A stretch of DNA of 64,000 nt from an uncultured Caldimicrobium sp. (lineage in GTDB: Bacteria; Desulfobacterota; Thermodesulfobacteria; Thermodesulfobacteriales; Thermodesulfobacteriaceae), in the NCBI GenBank assembly GCA_964436655.1, contig CAYTDX010000001.1, positions 14,993 to 78,992 of the forward strand, read 5' to 3'. This document shows positions 63,657 to 64,000 of the stretch, piece after piece (within the stretch, counting starts at the first letter, position 1; the number at the start of each line of letters is the position of its first letter). A program made the position numbers and the translations under genes. The notes beneath the pieces are model-generated. The model had not been told where the DNA came from. It ran no database searches and worked only from the letters and a program-made list of their open reading frames with translations.

Positions 63657-64000
63657 TTATGCACAAAAGCTCCCCCTGTTCAAAAGAAAAAATAAAGTTT
63701 TTAAATAAATTTCCCTTAAGTGCTCTGGCAAAAGCTCGGCAGGATAGGTCCCATCCGCTATTTTCTCAAGGTGCCACCACCAGCGTGCTAAATCCTCATA
63801 ATCCCTCTCATAGGGTTTTTCCGCTTTTAGCTTTATTGCTTTGACAATTGCCTGCTTATCAAGCTCTTTTACCCTTTCATCCTCATCAAGCCCAAGCTTG
63901 TGAATCTCATCTCTTACAGGAAGCCAGGATGGAGCATTGTAATAATCATAGATACAATCATCCTCACTCACTGCAAATTCCCAATCTTCAATGAGCTTTT
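63657..64000 (-). CDS. Hypothetical protein, N-terminus beyond the window edge
   Basis: The frame stays open through 64000 (..KLIEDWEFAVSEDDCIYDYYNAPSW..ARWWWHLEKIADGTYP..). No family recognised. It lies 26 nt from the 3' end of tRNA-Ser, on the opposite strand. Confidence 0.4.
   Translation of the reverse strand, partial: KLIEDWEFAVSEDDCIYDYYNAPSWLPVRDEIHKLGLDEDERVKELDKQAIVKAIKLKAEKPYERDYEDLARWWWHLEKIADGTYPAELLPEHLREIYLKTLFFLLNRGSFCA

Noticed and set aside
63554-63844. 96-aa plus-strand ORF
   Set aside because: It starts inside tRNA-Ser and runs antisense to the better-supported minus-strand ORF.

Overview
This is a gene-dense 64 kb chromosomal segment with about 66 CDS and 2 tRNAs. I saw no rRNA, CRISPR array, transposase, integrase, prophage or recognisable defence island. 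Lys/Glu/Ile-rich proteins, a nonahaem cytochrome c, SelB and an early-cobalt-insertion corrin pathway suggest a thermophilic anaerobe, possibly Thermodesulfobacteriota-like (inference only). All family calls come from motif recognition by eye, with no searches run.

Content in order:
- 1-4.7 kb: housekeeping genes (truncated radical SAM, scpB, hisH, infC, thrS, tRNA-Val).
- 4.8-11 kb: a metalloid (As/Se) modification cluster. It holds a methyltransferase, GT2, exported rhodanese, a fused ArsM-ArsS-type enzyme, an Fe-S CCG domain fused to TVP38, and DUF2064. A peroxiredoxin follows.
- 12.2 kb: a frameshifted MNT antitoxin remnant.
- 12.8-15.3 kb: apgM and an Mrp/NifX-like fusion, with an unannotated small ORF between them. 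That ORF carries an in-frame TGA and a SECIS-like hairpin.
- 15.8-25 kb: flaG, asd, an SPL-like radical SAM, a multihaem cytochrome, an RlmI-like methyltransferase, a J-domain operon, a macro-domain gene and an SfsA-DUF123 fusion.
- 25-44.6 kb: cbiMNQO cobalt uptake plus a large cobalamin region (cobT, cobS, cobQ, cbiB, cobD, cbiA, cbiX-cbiC, a cobF-like gene, cbiET, cobU, an unknown gene, cbiG-cbiH, cbiF, cbiL). A zinc-finger-less type IA topoisomerase heads one operon.
- 44.8-50.7 kb: purM-glyQ-glyS-selB.
- 50.7-63.6 kb: a LonC-like protease, fabG, rtcA plus an Rnl3-type RNA ligase, sirC, a NUDIX hydrolase, lonA, a MacAB/Lol-like ABC system and tRNA-Ser.

The leads I would check first:
- The candidate CxxC/CxxU/CxxC selenoprotein at 13958-14158.
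- The As/Se cluster and its two unusual fusions.
- A GTAG-headed REP/REPIN-like hairpin family that occupies nearly every larger intergenic gap (12 stretches). Its stems show compensatory changes, and some copies sit inside composites bounded by terminal inverted repeats.
- Shared palindromic candidate operators in front of cbiM and cobT.
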